Positions 27,090-40,792 of a DNA stretch of 64,000 nt are shown piece by piece. Each line of letters starts with the position of its first letter. The first letter of the stretch is position 1. Below the pieces are notes generated by a model that saw only the letters and a list, made by a program, of their open reading frames with translations, was not told the DNA's origin and made no database searches. The stretch comes from Callorhinchus milii (Eukaryota), in contig NW_024704742.1 in assembly GCF_018977255.1 (NCBI RefSeq), forward strand, positions 17,858,001 through 17,922,000, in the 5' to 3' direction. The translations under genes were made by a program, and so were the position numbers.

Positions 27090-30000
27090 AGTGAGACGTC
27101 TCAAAGCGTTTCACAAAATATACTATAAAGCGGATTGACTGTGTGTTTGTGGGCAAAACATGGCAGTCAATTGCTCACAGCAATGTCCCACAAACAATCG
27201 TGGATTGAGTGTCCAAATTATTATTATTAAAAATCTGCTATAATACTCTGATTGGCCACCGATGGCAGTGTGTTATTCCCTCTGACCATGTTGGCTCCAA
27301 TTTTTATTGGGATTATCTTTGACCATGTTTTATGTGTTTTGGGAGGCGCTTAGAGAGTGTTGTCAATTATCTAGGTTGAATCTTTAGTTGAGTGGCAACA
27401 TTTAAACTCTTCCTGGTGCAGGAAATATTATTTCATACATGAAGTTGGGGTTTCCACTGAGACACTGATTTTAAGTACAGAAAAAAATTCTATGGTGGGA
27501 AGAATACAGAATTCACCTCTTTAAGCCACGCTTAGCCCAGAATTAAAATGTTGCAATATGCGATGCAATATTGCATGATTAATGTAAAAGTGAAATGGCG
27601 CATAATATCAATACAAGTGAACATTGACAATTCATATGGAGATGCAATTTTTTAAAAATCATTTCTAAAAGGTTATTTTTGCATTAAAAATGCACTTGGC
27701 TAAAATGGGCCTTACCACGGCACAAAAATTGCAGCATACAAGCGAAATACAGAACAGTGCAGGTTGCTTGTTGAGTTGATCTATCCAATTTTGCTTATCT
27801 TCCCTATATCTCACAAGCCTCCTAAACAACTACTTGAGTGCAATCACAACTTCACATTAGAACCTTGGTATGGGGGAGAAATCTTTCTCTAGATGCAATT
27901 AGGTAGGAGATAGGGGGAGAACAACAAATGTGTTATCCAATATAGCTAAAAAAAACACGTGTTGATAGTTAACCTTAGTGTCATGAATACTTTAAGGTTT
28001 GACTTGCAAATGCACGGTTAAATGTGTGGGCCATGGCAAAGTATTCTTCACAAGCTGAGTGTTTTTTTTTGTCAGCTTGGCTCAGTTGGTAGCACTCTCA
28101 TCTCAAAACATTGTGGGCTCACATTCCACATTGAGACTTGAGCTTAGTTTAGGCCAACACTAGCAAAGTACTGCATCGTTGGAGGTCCTGTCTGTCTCTT
28201 CAGGTGGTTGTTGAAAGATCTCATGACACGGTCTAAAAAAAAGGGAATTCTCCTCCTAGTTACCCGGTGAACAGAATGAATCTGTGATTTAACTTTATGA
28301 CTGTTTGTGTGGGGATTTGAAGTAACAAATGGTTGTCATGTTTGCCTACAAAAACAGTTCCTAAATATGACAATAATGAGCTGCGAAGCTGCTTTGAGAT
28401 AATTCTATGTTATAAGCTACTTAAATGGAGGTTTTTTTTTGTTGCTTTGCTTGCTTGCTTTCTTATTCCCATCACACTACAGTACAAGGCATTGTGCACT
28501 GAAAGGGAAGCCAAATCTGAAGTTGAATCATCAACCTCAAAGCATCAAACAGTGGAGACCTGGCGGCAGGAAGCCTGGGCTGCTGTTTTGCGATGAGAAC
28601 CTGGCAAAAGTGCAGGAAGAGAATGGGAAACAGAAATTACCTTAAAACAGGATATTTACCCTCATGGGGGGTGGGAATAAAAACAACCATGTGAATCTAA
28701 ATTGCAGATGACTGTTTCTCTGATGCCCTGGAGAGTCAAATCGAGTCCAATTTTAATTAAGCTACAAATTGGAGTCTGTTTTTATCTAATTAGGTCTAAT
28801 TGCTTACTTTAAGCACCTGTTATAGCTTTTGAAGGCTCAGGATAAAAATCTCGGATGTACTTGGCTGCCAATGCAGTGCAAGCAGCTAGTTCCATCTCAA
28901 ATATTTTGAAGTCTTTGGCAATAGACGCATACAAAGTAATCTCAGTCGACAAAAATGATTCATTTTCCACGTCACGTATTCCACCTGAAAGTTACATAAT
29001 GTAAATATTTCTAATTTTGCAAAAGGAGCAAAATAATTCAGGCTGACATCCATTGAAATTTACAGCAACAAAGCAATATCTTGGCCCATTATGCCTCTGC
29101 TGGCTCCCTGAAAGAGCTAACCATTTATCCTCATTCTCCTGCCTTTTTGCCACACCCTGTTAGATTTCTCCTTTACAGATATTTATCTAATTCCCTCTTA
29201 AAAGCTATAGATTTGTCCTCAACTACCATTCTGGGGAATGAATTCCATATCATAACAACCCTCTGTGCAAAATAAAACTCTCTTAACCGCTTCCTTGCCT
29301 GGGAGAAACGAACACCCATTCCCATCCAATCAGCGACCCAATTGAACAAGAGATCCCAAGAGAGGCATTCTGTCTATCGAGTCTGTTCTTTCCACACACC
29401 CTCACTCTCAACTATGCCATCTCCTAAGGTAAGTGAAAAGCCACAGATAAATTTAAAATCTCTAGCCTCTCTTGAGGTTTGTTAACTTTATACTTGTTGC
29501 CTGGAAGGCCCATCTATAACTTGAAACCTGCTTATAATATCTGTCAGCATTCCAGTATCTTGCATCATTTCCTTTCATTGAATCTTTTCTCCAATAAAGA
29601 TTTTAGAACTAGTGAGTTCTCCTGTTTAATATACCCGATCAATCCGTTTTCACAACAACCCCCACACACACAAACTAATTTCACTTGCTTGTGAGACTTT
29701 GGTCCTGCAGCTCAGCTGTTGTGTTCCCCTACTAAACAAGTAGTACACTTCAGATGAACGCATTGAGGATGATGCTTTTAGTAGTTTTCCACACTTCTGA
29801 GACTGTGAATTTACAATTGCATTAATCGCAAAATTTTGAAGGACCTCATAAAGCATTTGTCATAATTTTAAGTGTGTTGAGTCATTTCTATGATACAGCG
29901 CTGCATCAAATGTAACTACAATTTTTTTTTTAAATCAGCTTATTTCGGAGGAATTTAACTTTGAGCTCCTGAAATCAGTCTCTCTTCTCTGAACTTTCTC

Positions 30001-31194
30001 AATGCATCAATGCTTCTTTCAATTTAGGATATTGAAACTTCCAGAAATGTTTTGAATGTGGCCTGGATGTGAATACAGTAAGCATTAAAATGAGGAAGGA
30101 TTTGTGGAGACATGCAAAGAAATCCCACTTCCAAATGAACCTTGTTATTATAGACTCTTAGGGACTAGCAAAAAGGTCTTATCAGGGGAGGGGGAAGGGG
30201 ATTGTCTTATTATTAAGGTTGGAACTCATTTTCCGACATTAATTCAGTCTGGATCACGGAAAGGTCTGCTATGATACGACATTTGCAATAACAGAGACTG
30301 ATACATTATAATTTCAGTCATAGGAAATATAAAAATACTGGCAGAAAAAGGTATGTTTTTCCTAATAACTCATTTATGTGAACTGACTTATTCTTCCTAT
30401 TGAATTCCATTAATGCAAAGTTTCTTTTTTCCCTCTTGTTAATATTCCAATTTTGTATTTAGTTTAAATTCAGCATCCTTTCTTCTGATTTTCTTTTCAG
30501 CTTAATAGCAAAACTTTGCTAGAAAACACATTTGACGCTGCCAAAGTTCCCAAACCTTTGCCAGTGGCTTGTGTTCCTTAACCATGTTACATTTGGTTCA
30601 ATGATTGGGTTCAAATAAACTCTGTATCCAGTACTTGGGGCATGTACAGTATCTAACTATATGAGTGTGTATACACAGCATCCAGTAATAATGATAATCC
30701 TTGCTGCATTAAATAAAGCACCTCATCACGTCATCAACATGTGTCAAATCACTTAAAAAAATTGTTATACAATTTTGACTATTTGTGGGCTATTTCATTT
30801 CTAGTGATTAGTTAAAGATTAGTGATTAGCAACACTGCTAAAGATTGTTTAACCTTGAAGTTTCACACTTGTGTGTGAGACTATTTTTCCTCTTATCTCC
30901 ATCAATTTAAATCTTGTATGAACAGCAACAAACATTATCGTAAATCCAAGTGAATGGGAAATACACTTGGTAAACTTATGTTTCTCTCATAGGTCTGATA
31001 GAGGTACGTGCAACAGTTGTATTACGAGCAGATTGCTTTTCCATCTAGTCTTCGACTAATTTAATTTCCCTTCCCTTTCTTGGATTCAAGGCTGATGTTC
31101 ATATAAAAATGTACGCTGCATTCCTGAAGTTCCGGTTGTGTGCAAAACAATCGTACAAACGCGCAAACCTTATTGACCTTATGAACACAGTCTT

Positions 31195-31388
31195 TTGCGC
31201 ACAGCAATGTCCCACAAACAGTCGTAGATTGAAAATGACCAATTTATTATTGTTTTTGGTTTTGGAGGGATTATTATTAGGCTCTGTGTGGAGTAAGGAA
31301 ACTTGCCCAAGGTTTCGCCCTCGCCTGGATTGAACTCAGGTCTCTCGCTTGCAAAGCAAGTGCTCTAACCACTGAGCTACAGGACTCC
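31195..31388 (-). mobile_element. Young SINE, 5' half
   Basis: Head and middle match 40793-41110. Tail is absent. Confidence 0.88.
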
Positions 31389-31769
31389 ACAGTAAAAGGC
31401 TCGTTAGAAGTTGTGCTATGAAACCCTCAAAAATCTGGCAGTAAACATTCCCCTTTCCCAGCTCCATGTCAGTTTCCCAGCCATTAGTAAACTGATCTAA
31501 TATTGTTAAGAAACACAGCATAAATCACGGCATCCATGTAATCGGAACTGAAACTAGCACATGCACCTGTAGGTTACACGGGTGTTATAGCTTCAGTAGG
31601 AAGTTTGGGGATTAGCTCAGTCCCCGAAATGCCAGGAACAATGTACTCTAAACAATCAACTACCACGTTGGCTGCTTTGGCAGGTTAATGTTTCAGTAGA
31701 AGTTACGTCAACACACTGCTTTTTTTTGTGTGTGAGCGAGCTTTTCATTAAATTAAAATAGTGCGCTCC

Positions 31770-32155
31770 TTCCAATGGTACAATTCACTGCCCAGTGTGG
31801 ATCTAAGCCACACCACACAGACCAGGAAGGTCCAGAATTTGATTCCTGCTCTGTGATGTTAGCTAATAGCGGTGGTGGTATGGGGTTGCTACAATCGGCC
31901 TCAGAGCTCACAGGTAATTCATGTTGAAAACTGCTGCGGTTCAATCGCCTAATCTACTTCAGAGAAACCTGTGTTGGAACATTGTGCACATTTGTACTTG
32001 TGTTTTGGAGAAGGATAAGGTCAGACTTGCCCACGAACAAATAGTCTGGCAACAGTCACTGTCTATGACTTCTTGAAAGAGATACACAGGCCAACTGGCA
32101 CCTCATCAACTGTACCCAAGCAAAAGTCCCTTTCTGGGAGAGGAAAGGAGATTAA
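31770..32155 (+). mobile_element. Ancient SINE-like dispersed repeat, family not named
   Basis: Shared blocks (agcca..cagaccagga, ctctgtgctgagttagct, tacaattggcctcag) recur at ~480-760 (-), 17720-18130 (+), 52145-52440 (+), with fragments at ~38010-38100 and 53280-53380 (-). Confidence 0.6.
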
Positions 32156-33474
32156 ATACAGCAAAGAAATACATACTTGCAGACACAATTTCAGAGCAAA
32201 ATAACTACATGATCGATCATATCATTCTACTCCCTTTTAAACAAAACATTTGTACTGATCTTATGCTGATGATTATTCCATCCACAGGTGAAAAGATGCA
32301 AAGAAAATCGTGACACCAAAGCTGGGTGGCAATCATTGCCAATGTGCCATGCTTTGGGAGGAGGAAGGGCTCATAAACGCAATGAACAATTGGAAACTTT
32401 TCAATGGTAGAAAAAACCCCACAAGCAATGAGTTTTTACTCCTTGATTAAATGAATCATTTATCACCCAGACACTACCACCCCAGTCAGCCGCAGCACTT
32501 ACACAAGCCACAAGAAACTACTGTGGTTATCGGGGTTGTCCAAAGCTACTCAAGACAGATTCATTCCCAACCATAAATGCACAGACAGATACTCAACAAC
32601 AGCAAATTGCATTTATAAAGCGCCTCTCACGCAGGGCAGCGTCCCAGAGTGCTTGACTACCTCTCACTAGCCATACTCCATAAAGATTTACTTTAGCAAC
32701 ATTTTAGAGGTTCCAGAATTTGACAAGCTCTTGAATCTGAAATCGGTGTTTTCCTCTAAGTTTCTTTTATGAAATACAGAAATACAACTTCAAGGCCTAA
32801 ATTCAACAATTTGAGACAACAATTGGGAGTATGATTGGAAGAACTGGGCAACTTTAGACTTAAGATTCCCAAAGCTTTCCACTTTGCTGGTACACTAATC
32901 CATACAGAATCAATTGAGATCAATATCACCATTATTGCTAGAATGGTAGAAGGCAGACTAAATGGACCTTGGCTTTTTTCATCCAGCAATTCTTATGTTC
33001 ACTGTATGCCACAAAAATAATGGTTGACAACTGTGGGAACTGAAAGAATATTCCAATTAAAAGCAAGTTTTGGAAGAAGCAAAATCTGAACTTGAAATAT
33101 TCTCACAAGCTAACAAAAAACGTCACAAGAGACATTTTGTCAGAATGTCTTATTAATTAGAAGTTCCTCTGAGGTATGAATTGGGTTTTTATCAATTTTC
33201 TTGGAAGAAAACAAAATATCTGCATGGGATGTAGTGTACCATTTTATTTTAATATCTACTGATTACTCTTTGAAGATGTATTTGTCACCATAGATCAAAG
33301 AAACATTTTATTTCCACGAGAAGTGCAGTCATTTAGTATTTGAAAAAAGAGACCCAAGGAAGTGCCTTGGAATGAGAGACACTGAGAGGCGTCTCTCACT
33401 GTAGTGGACATTCACATACCTGCAGAATATTTTATTTTCAAATCCTCTTGCCAATCTTGAAAATTAGACACATT

Positions 33475-33718
33475 ATAATAATAATCCTAGCATTTGATAT
33501 AGCGCTTTTCAGGTCTTCTAGACGTCTCAAAGCACTTCACAGAATATGCTGTAAAGTGAATTGACTATATTTGTGGGCGAAACGTGGCAGCCAATTGCGC
33601 ACAGCAGTGTCCCACAAACAGTCATGGATTGAAAATGACCAATTTATCATTGTTTTGTTTTGGAGGGATTAATATTAGCCGTGTGGAATAAGGAAACTTG
33701 CCCAAGGTTTCGCCCTGT
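33475..33718 (-). mobile_element. Young SINE lacking the tRNA head
   Basis: Matches ~40793-41040. Tail-only copies also at ~6103-6210, 18410-18510, 21315-21410, 37865-37955, 40300-40470 and 51905-51995. Confidence 0.88.
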
Positions 33719-33931
33719 ATTGCACGCATAACATTAGCAATGTTTTGTTCCATTCATTGCACAGCACATAACCAGCAACCCACAACTCAGAAAAGAACTC
33801 ACTCCTTCCTGGAATTAGCACACCATTATTGCTTAATTTTATGTTAAATATTGGCTGATATTCAACACAATTATAGAGGAAATAGCAGTGTTGATACTAA
33901 ACCTATGTTTCATTGAATGTGGTTGGTCTTT

Positions 33932-34540
33932 GAAACCCTCACCCACGCATGCGTCACATCAAGGCTCGACTACGGGAACTCCCTCCTCATCGGCCTTCCC
34001 AACTCTTCAACTCAACAAGCTGCAGATCATCCAAAACTCTGCAGCTCGTGTACTCTCACCCACCAGGCTCCATGATCCTACCACTCCCACCCTCGCCCGA
34101 CTCCACTGGCTCCCCATTCTCCAGAGGATCGAGTTCAAGATCTTTGTCCTTACCTTTAAGGCCATCCATGGCCTTGCCCCCTCCTACCTCTCTGACCTAT
34201 TGACTCCTAACAACTTGCCCGCTTCTTCCGTTCAGCGGGCTCCAGCCTGCTCCATGTCTCCCGCCCGACCATCGGTGGCCGGGCTTTCAGCCTCTCTGGC
34301 CCCACACTCTGGAACTCCAACCCATGGTCCCTTCGCCTTGTTTCGTCCCTTGCCTCCTTCAAAGCCGGTCTCAAGACACTTCTCTTCGATCGTGCCTTTG
34401 GTCTCCCTCCCACCTCTCTGCCTTCCCTCATCCCTACCCCACCCCTCCCCCATGCTCAGGCCCCGACACCTGACTGTTCAGCACTTCGGGACGTCCTCCC
34501 GATGTGAAAGGCGCTCTATAAATGTAATTTTGTTGTTGTT
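33932..34540 (+). mobile_element. L2 LINE 3' fragment
   Basis: KLQIIQNSAARVL...LARLHWLPILQRIEFKIFVLTFKAIHGLAPSYLSDLL. Tail gggacgtcctcccgatgtgaaaggcgctctataaatgtaattttgttgttgtt. Confidence 0.93.
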
Positions 34541-35089
34541 TAAAGGTCCAAATTGGATGTATAACTGCTGTATTTTACCCCAACACTCAAGAAGCATAAT
34601 GGTGAATGCGAATGATAATTAAACATAAATTTATATTCATACAGTGGTGAATTAAATTACACTCCCATAAAATAGAACATATTTGTTTCACCTGAATACA
34701 ATAGTTCATGATTACCAATGTTAATATTAAACATCAGGTTGACATTAAGATCACAGTAATCATAGCTTTTACAACAGTTAAGAGTTACAATCACTTGTCC
34801 ATTTCAGACATTACAAAATGAAGAATTCTAAGTGGAATCAATTACCATATGCAAACAACCATATACTGTAACATAGTGGTAATAATGATAATCTGAAGTA
34901 CCGTGATGTGTCAGCACACACAGCTGAACAAATAAAATGACATGAAAGTCACAAGACCCAAGATCAAAAAGTATAATTGCTATGTTCTTTGAAGTGTATA
35001 ATTGCTATGTTCTGATGGATAATGGGTTTGAATACAGCATGCAGGATTTCTAACTGGGGCCACCAACAGCAATTCCAGTGTGCAAATAG

Positions 35090-35650
35090 GTATAATCCCT
35101 TCCTTCATATCCCTTTACTCCCTTCTCTCTCATGTATGCATTACATTTCCTCTTAAATACGTTGATGTTTTCTGTTTCAACTGCAGCTTCATGCAGTAAA
35201 GGATTGGTTAGATGCAGCCAGGGATGGTCAGGATTCCCAACTATTCTTACATCTGCACTGGTTTCATTATAGAAATGCATAGGAATTTAGGAGCAAGAGG
35301 CCATCCAGCAGCCTAGGCCTGGCCTGCCATACACCACTCCAAGGTCCTAAAACACTAACACTTCCCCTAATTCTCCCACCCATTCCTCCCCATTATGCTT
35401 GTGAATCTATTCTATACTCTCTTTAAAGCAGCAATATCCTTTTTGAGGGCTTCAAAACTGAATGGTATGTGCCAAGTACAGTCTCACCAGTGCCCTGTAC
35501 AACTGCAAAGATGCTGCTCCACTTCGGTAACCTTCCTCTGAACTCCAGCACTTCAGTAGCCTATTAACAGTTCTCTGTACCTTTAGATGTTAATGATTTA
35601 TTAGCACATCTACGTTACAGTACTTCTCCACAATTTCCAACACTAAATCC
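35090..35650 (-). mobile_element. Old CR1 fragments
   Basis: AVETENINVFKRKCNAYMREKGVKGY plus further degenerate CR1 sequence. Similar remnants at ~9060-9290, 12650-12840 and 29055-29290 (-), and at 48390-48980 and 56780-56980 (+). Confidence 0.6.
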
Positions 35651-38600
35651 CTATTGGACATTGGAGAGCAACTGCAAAACCTTCTCTCAAGAGCTGAAGC
35701 AGGTTTGATACATCCCATGATAAGCCAGACTGTATTCAGTTGGCAGAAGTCTTGATGAGCTGAATGAACTTTACTTGTTCGCTGCTTGTCGTGTGAGTGT
35801 TCCTAGCTGGAGATTAAATGGAAGGATGTCACTCTCTCCCAAGAACAAAAATCAACACCAAAATAATGACAAGCAGCACACTGGCACTCTGGATCACAGA
35901 CTGGTAGGTCCCTGCAATGCTAGTTTTCAACCTCGAGCTGGCTGTCCAAATGCCAAGTGAAGCTGAGACGATTTCTGATCAGTGAAGAAAGAATCAGAGA
36001 TGAGAGAGTGAGTCAACCGGCATAGTGCACTGCCCCCCACCCCACACCTCTTTGTTGGAAGTCTGTATCATCTCTTTCTCACTTCTGGTGTGGGGGGAGT
36101 GGAGAACGGGGAATCTCTAATCTTCCTGAAGGCTTTGTTAATTTAAAAGCCCATTTCCTCCTAGTTCTGTATTCACAATCTATCAAATAGCTTGCTTGCA
36201 TCTATATCACACAGCATGTGCTCCTTGATATCTGAAAGACCTGGATTATGTCCACCTTCAATCTATTTCCAATAAGCGTTTTGACATTGTGTAGAGACAT
36301 TAAACAAACCTAATCTATTATGTGGTGCCAGTTAGGATCTTGGGTCTGTCCTTCTTTGCAAAAATATGAGAAAAATGTATATAGAAGTTGGAGGGTGGGG
36401 GGAAGGAGGGGTCAAACTAATTCTGTTTGTGAACCAGAATCTCTCTTGTGAACCAGAATAAGAAAAATACAGTACAATTTACATTCATTTTGCGGCTTTC
36501 ACGTTTGGAAGAACGTCTCAAAGTGCCTCTCAGAGCCGGTTGGGCATCTGAGGCTGGAGGCCAAGGGGAAAAGATAGTTAAAACGATACGTTTTGAGATG
36601 TGCCTTGAAAGAGGGGAGGGGGAGATGCTTTTAAAATTCAAATAATTCTTCCTAAATGGATATTTGTTACAAAATATAATGCCCTCATTCAGGCAAGCAG
36701 CTGAAAAATGCCAACCATGTGCTTCCCTAGGAGAATATGGGAAGAAACGTTCCATAAACTCTGGCTCCTTGAACATGATCAATTAGTCTCCCACTGATGA
36801 CCGAGGGAGTGAGCCAAGCCACTCCTCATGGGCAGAAAAAGCCCATTAATTGAAGGCAGACCGTGTTTTTTTGCACCTCATTTCAACTTCAAATTATGAC
36901 TGAGTCACAGTTTGTTTTCAAAAAAAATCCACTGGCCAATATCGTTGAAGCATCTTTAGCTAATCAGATTTTCTGGAAAAAGACGTTACAAAAATAAACC
37001 AGGAAATTATTTCAACATCTATAAAGCAGTCCAGAAGAAACGGTCTCAATACAACTGACAGTCCTATTTGAGAGCTTTGCAACATTTGGTGTACAGATGG
37101 CCCTGTAGCATTGAAGCACAAGGAAAACATTCTGACCTGAATTTCCCTCATGAGACTAAATCTTACTGTACAACCACTTAATATTCTATCATTCATTTAG
37201 TTACAGTTGCTAACTTTTCTTAATTTTTTCTTAATTTATCCCACCAACATTCGCAAAAATATTATATTTAAAAAGGGCAAGTCTAAATTATATTTAACCC
37301 CTTACTCCCCCCCCCGCCCCCACACTTCCACCTCCCACCTCACTTTACACTTCCTCTAAAAACGCTAGCCAGAGTGGGTGAAGTTCAAATAATCATTGCG
37401 TTTTGTAACCAGTAAGAGGTGAACCAGAGCAGTTTGATTTTCCTTCCATCCTAATGTGGAAAAGTCTGAATCTGGGAGCATTACAGATAGGCAATGAGAA
37501 AGACTCTTTATTGAAGTTACAAATTGAGCCGTTGATTGACTTTTAGACTGCAATCTATCTTAAAATTTCTCACCAATTTTCTCCACTCTTTCTTAACAAG
37601 TTTGATTCTTGTTTCACTTACTGCTGGATGTATGATTCCATTGTAGCTAGTCACCCTTTGGTACCTCATCTAGTGACCATTTATTTCTGCGTGCATCATG
37701 ACTATGAGAGTTGGCACTCTTTCAATCTTTGGAAGCGTCGCAGCTGAGGTACTACTTATTCTCAAAATTGATAGCCACTTCGAGCAACTCTACCAGGATT
37801 AACTGCTTACCAGGAGTGGGAATCTGAGCATATTGTTGCTCTTAAATTCCAGTACAAAGATCGATTGTAATAATAATTTGCATTTGATATAGCACCTTAA
37901 TCACATCTGTGAGCCATCTCAAATGTTTCACAGAATATACTGTAAAGTGAATACGCTATTGTTTGACAATATTTTTATATTGAATTGTAAATATACTACT
38001 GTTGCCTGGAGGAGATCAACTAGTTCAGCTGGGAGTGACACCTGGGACTGTCCCTGTCTCTATGGCTCAGGAACTCACTAGATTAAATTCACTGAACCCT
38101 TAGAGCAATGCTTCGAGAACACCTGATTAAGTATACCGTACTTTTATTTAAAGCATTCAACCAAGCTACTTGTTGTTATAGAATGATCATAAAATTTAGT
38201 GCACCACTGGAAAAGGTAACATTATCAAAACCCCATTGCTCTAGGTCCCACTTTAACTAATTTTCTTTCTCAGGATCTCAGACTGGAATTCCTTACCTCC
38301 CTCAATCTTCCCTTTCTTCTCCTATTTACATACTTTTAAACTCAACTGTGGCCTCAACTAACCATTTAATTTCTCTGATATTCTTGTTAATATTGTACTA
38401 CATATACTATGGACCATGGTTTTCAACTGAATATCTGAGACATTTATGTCAGGACAGTTTGGCCATGAATTTAATAACGTCTCTAATAAATTGATACACG
38501 CAATAAATGCGTGTCATTACAAGACCATGGAAGAATCTGCCAGTAGCTGTAAGCTTCCCCAATAATAAGCAGGTCACTTCAAATGCTTACATTCGCATCT

Positions 38601-39483
38601 CACAACAAGGAAATCATAATCAGAAATTCTAAATTATTGCAAACTCTGGCAAGTTGTCGCAAATAATGTGAGATTTTTAAAACTAAAATGTATTAGTCAT
38701 CACAAAGAGTGAATCCATAGAATCAGGGTGCTGGAGAACAATAAAAATAAATCATTACCGTAGCTGCAAACGTGCACAATGAGGCGAGTGACATTGAAAT
38801 CCCATGAGTCATTTATCTTCTGCAGTCCTGTGCAACGTATTGTTTCCTTTGCTTTTAAAACCAATTTTCCCCTCATTAAATGCCTACTGCTGTCACAGTC
38901 ACTTTATCAGCTGCAAAAAAGCATCAGTATCTGAACTCTGAGCTTCTTGATTTATCATTGATGGCGTTTAATAACTGACCACAAGAAGGGTAACTCAGAA
39001 TGGGGCCATCTCTGATTATTTATTTTCCCCATACCCCAAAATAGATCACAAGCTGCATTCATTCAAGCAAAGGACAATGAAGCCCAAAATCCACATTAAA
39101 CTGTGCTACTAAGTTTCCCAAGAAACAGATTCTGTGTATTCTCTATCTGAAAATTATCAGGGATGAGACAAGATCAGTGCAAAAACTAAAAGATTGTTCA
39201 TTCCAGTCATTGACACTTGCTAACTCTGATAAAGGTAAAAAGTTATTACCACTAAAGTATGATATTGACAAAAGTATCCAAGGGTCTGTTGCTGCAGGGA
39301 AAGAGCACGGCTTGAGGAAACAGGGGAGAAGTGGTGTGGTCCAACGTACGATAAAGCTGACATAAGTTGCATCAGTCGGGACCATAACAATTAAAACAAC
39401 TCACATGAAGTCCGAGTTGCAAGCAAACTTGCATAAGTCGAATAAAATCTGATTTAATCAATAATCTACACAGCCCATACATA

Positions 39484-39755
39484 ATTCAATGCAAACGATA
39501 AACGCACATGCGGTACTGTAGCCGGTCAGTGTGCACACAGTGACAGGTCAAGACTATGTTTCCCATGATTCAATGAGTCTTGAATCGTTGCTGCATGCGC
39601 ACTTAAGTGTTGTAATCGCATTGAATCGCGGGAAATAAAGTCATCTGCACGTGCGTCAATCAAGCCTATGGTTTTTGCAATTAAATGCAGCTGGCCGGTA
39701 AATGCGCAAGCGTCGACAGGTCAGGACATCATTTCCCGCGATTCAATGCAGCTGG
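39484..39755. repeat. Mixed inverted/direct repeat cassette
   Basis: Perfect 19-bp inverted pair at 39618-39636 and 39731-39749, plus a ~55-bp degenerate direct repeat at 39521-39575 and 39694-39748. Confidence 0.8.
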
Positions 39756-40792
39756 TAAGCGAGGGGGTAAGAAGGTGGTGTTACAAGATAGGAGGTGATT
39801 AATATGTGCAAAGAAATCTGAGTGGTTTTGATGGGAAACTGAATGGGTGGATGTATGACTTAGGCGATCATACAATTTATAAAGATAAGACTTAAGAACT
39901 TGAGTTTTACTGTAGCAGAAAATCATAAAGATCATACAGTTTAAATTATGAATGTATGATGCACATATGGTACTACTACATGAACAACTTGGAACAAATG
40001 ACTGGAAATAGAAATCATGAATTGTTTCCAACATCAATTAATAAAAGTAACAAGTTTGTTTCTCCGTTTTAAGACATTCCAATCTTGATTTTCCTTCCAC
40101 TATCTGCGCTCTATTAGTGTTATAATGATCTGAAATATACCTTTTTCGCCCACAAAATAGGTTTTGAATTGCCTTGAAGACATAAGGCGTTATATCAAAT
40201 GCAAAGATTATTATTAGTATTTTATTTTTAAAATCATTTTGAACTCAGTACAAATTTACTGATGAGGAATAAGAGTGCTTTTTAAAATAACTACCAAGAA
40301 TTTGGTCATTCACTTTACAGCTGTTGTGGGATACTGCTGTGCTCAAATTGGATGCTGCAATTGCCTATAAAATGCAGTTACTACGCTTTACAGTATATGC
40401 TGTGAAACGCTTTTGGATACCCACCTGACATGAAAGGAACTATAAGAAATGCAAATATTATTATCATTAAATCCACAGTATATTTTTTCCATTCACTACA
40501 GGCTTCCAAACAACAACAAAAAAAGTATTGGGTAAACACTAAAGCCCAGAGTAGTGTGCTGTTTCAAAGAGGCTTATTTCTCTATTGAAATACGATGATT
40601 TAGGTAAGTACTTAAACAACATAAGAGTATTATTTTAACCCTGTAAAGTGTGTGCGTTTGGTCTTAAAATACAATTCAGAATTGTAAAAACATTCTATCA
40701 TGTTCTATCAAATCATAGGAACTGCTAGATGAAAAAGACCAAAGTCCAACTCTCCTTCCTTCTACCATCCAGATAGTCATGTCACATGCTAC

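Noticed and set aside
34969..35013. Short duplication of gtataattgctatgttct
   Set aside because: Trivial local slippage duplication with no further structure.
39484..39755. CRISPR-like array
   Set aside because: Only two to three degenerate units in mixed orientation, no regular spacers, no cas genes, and a eukaryotic context.
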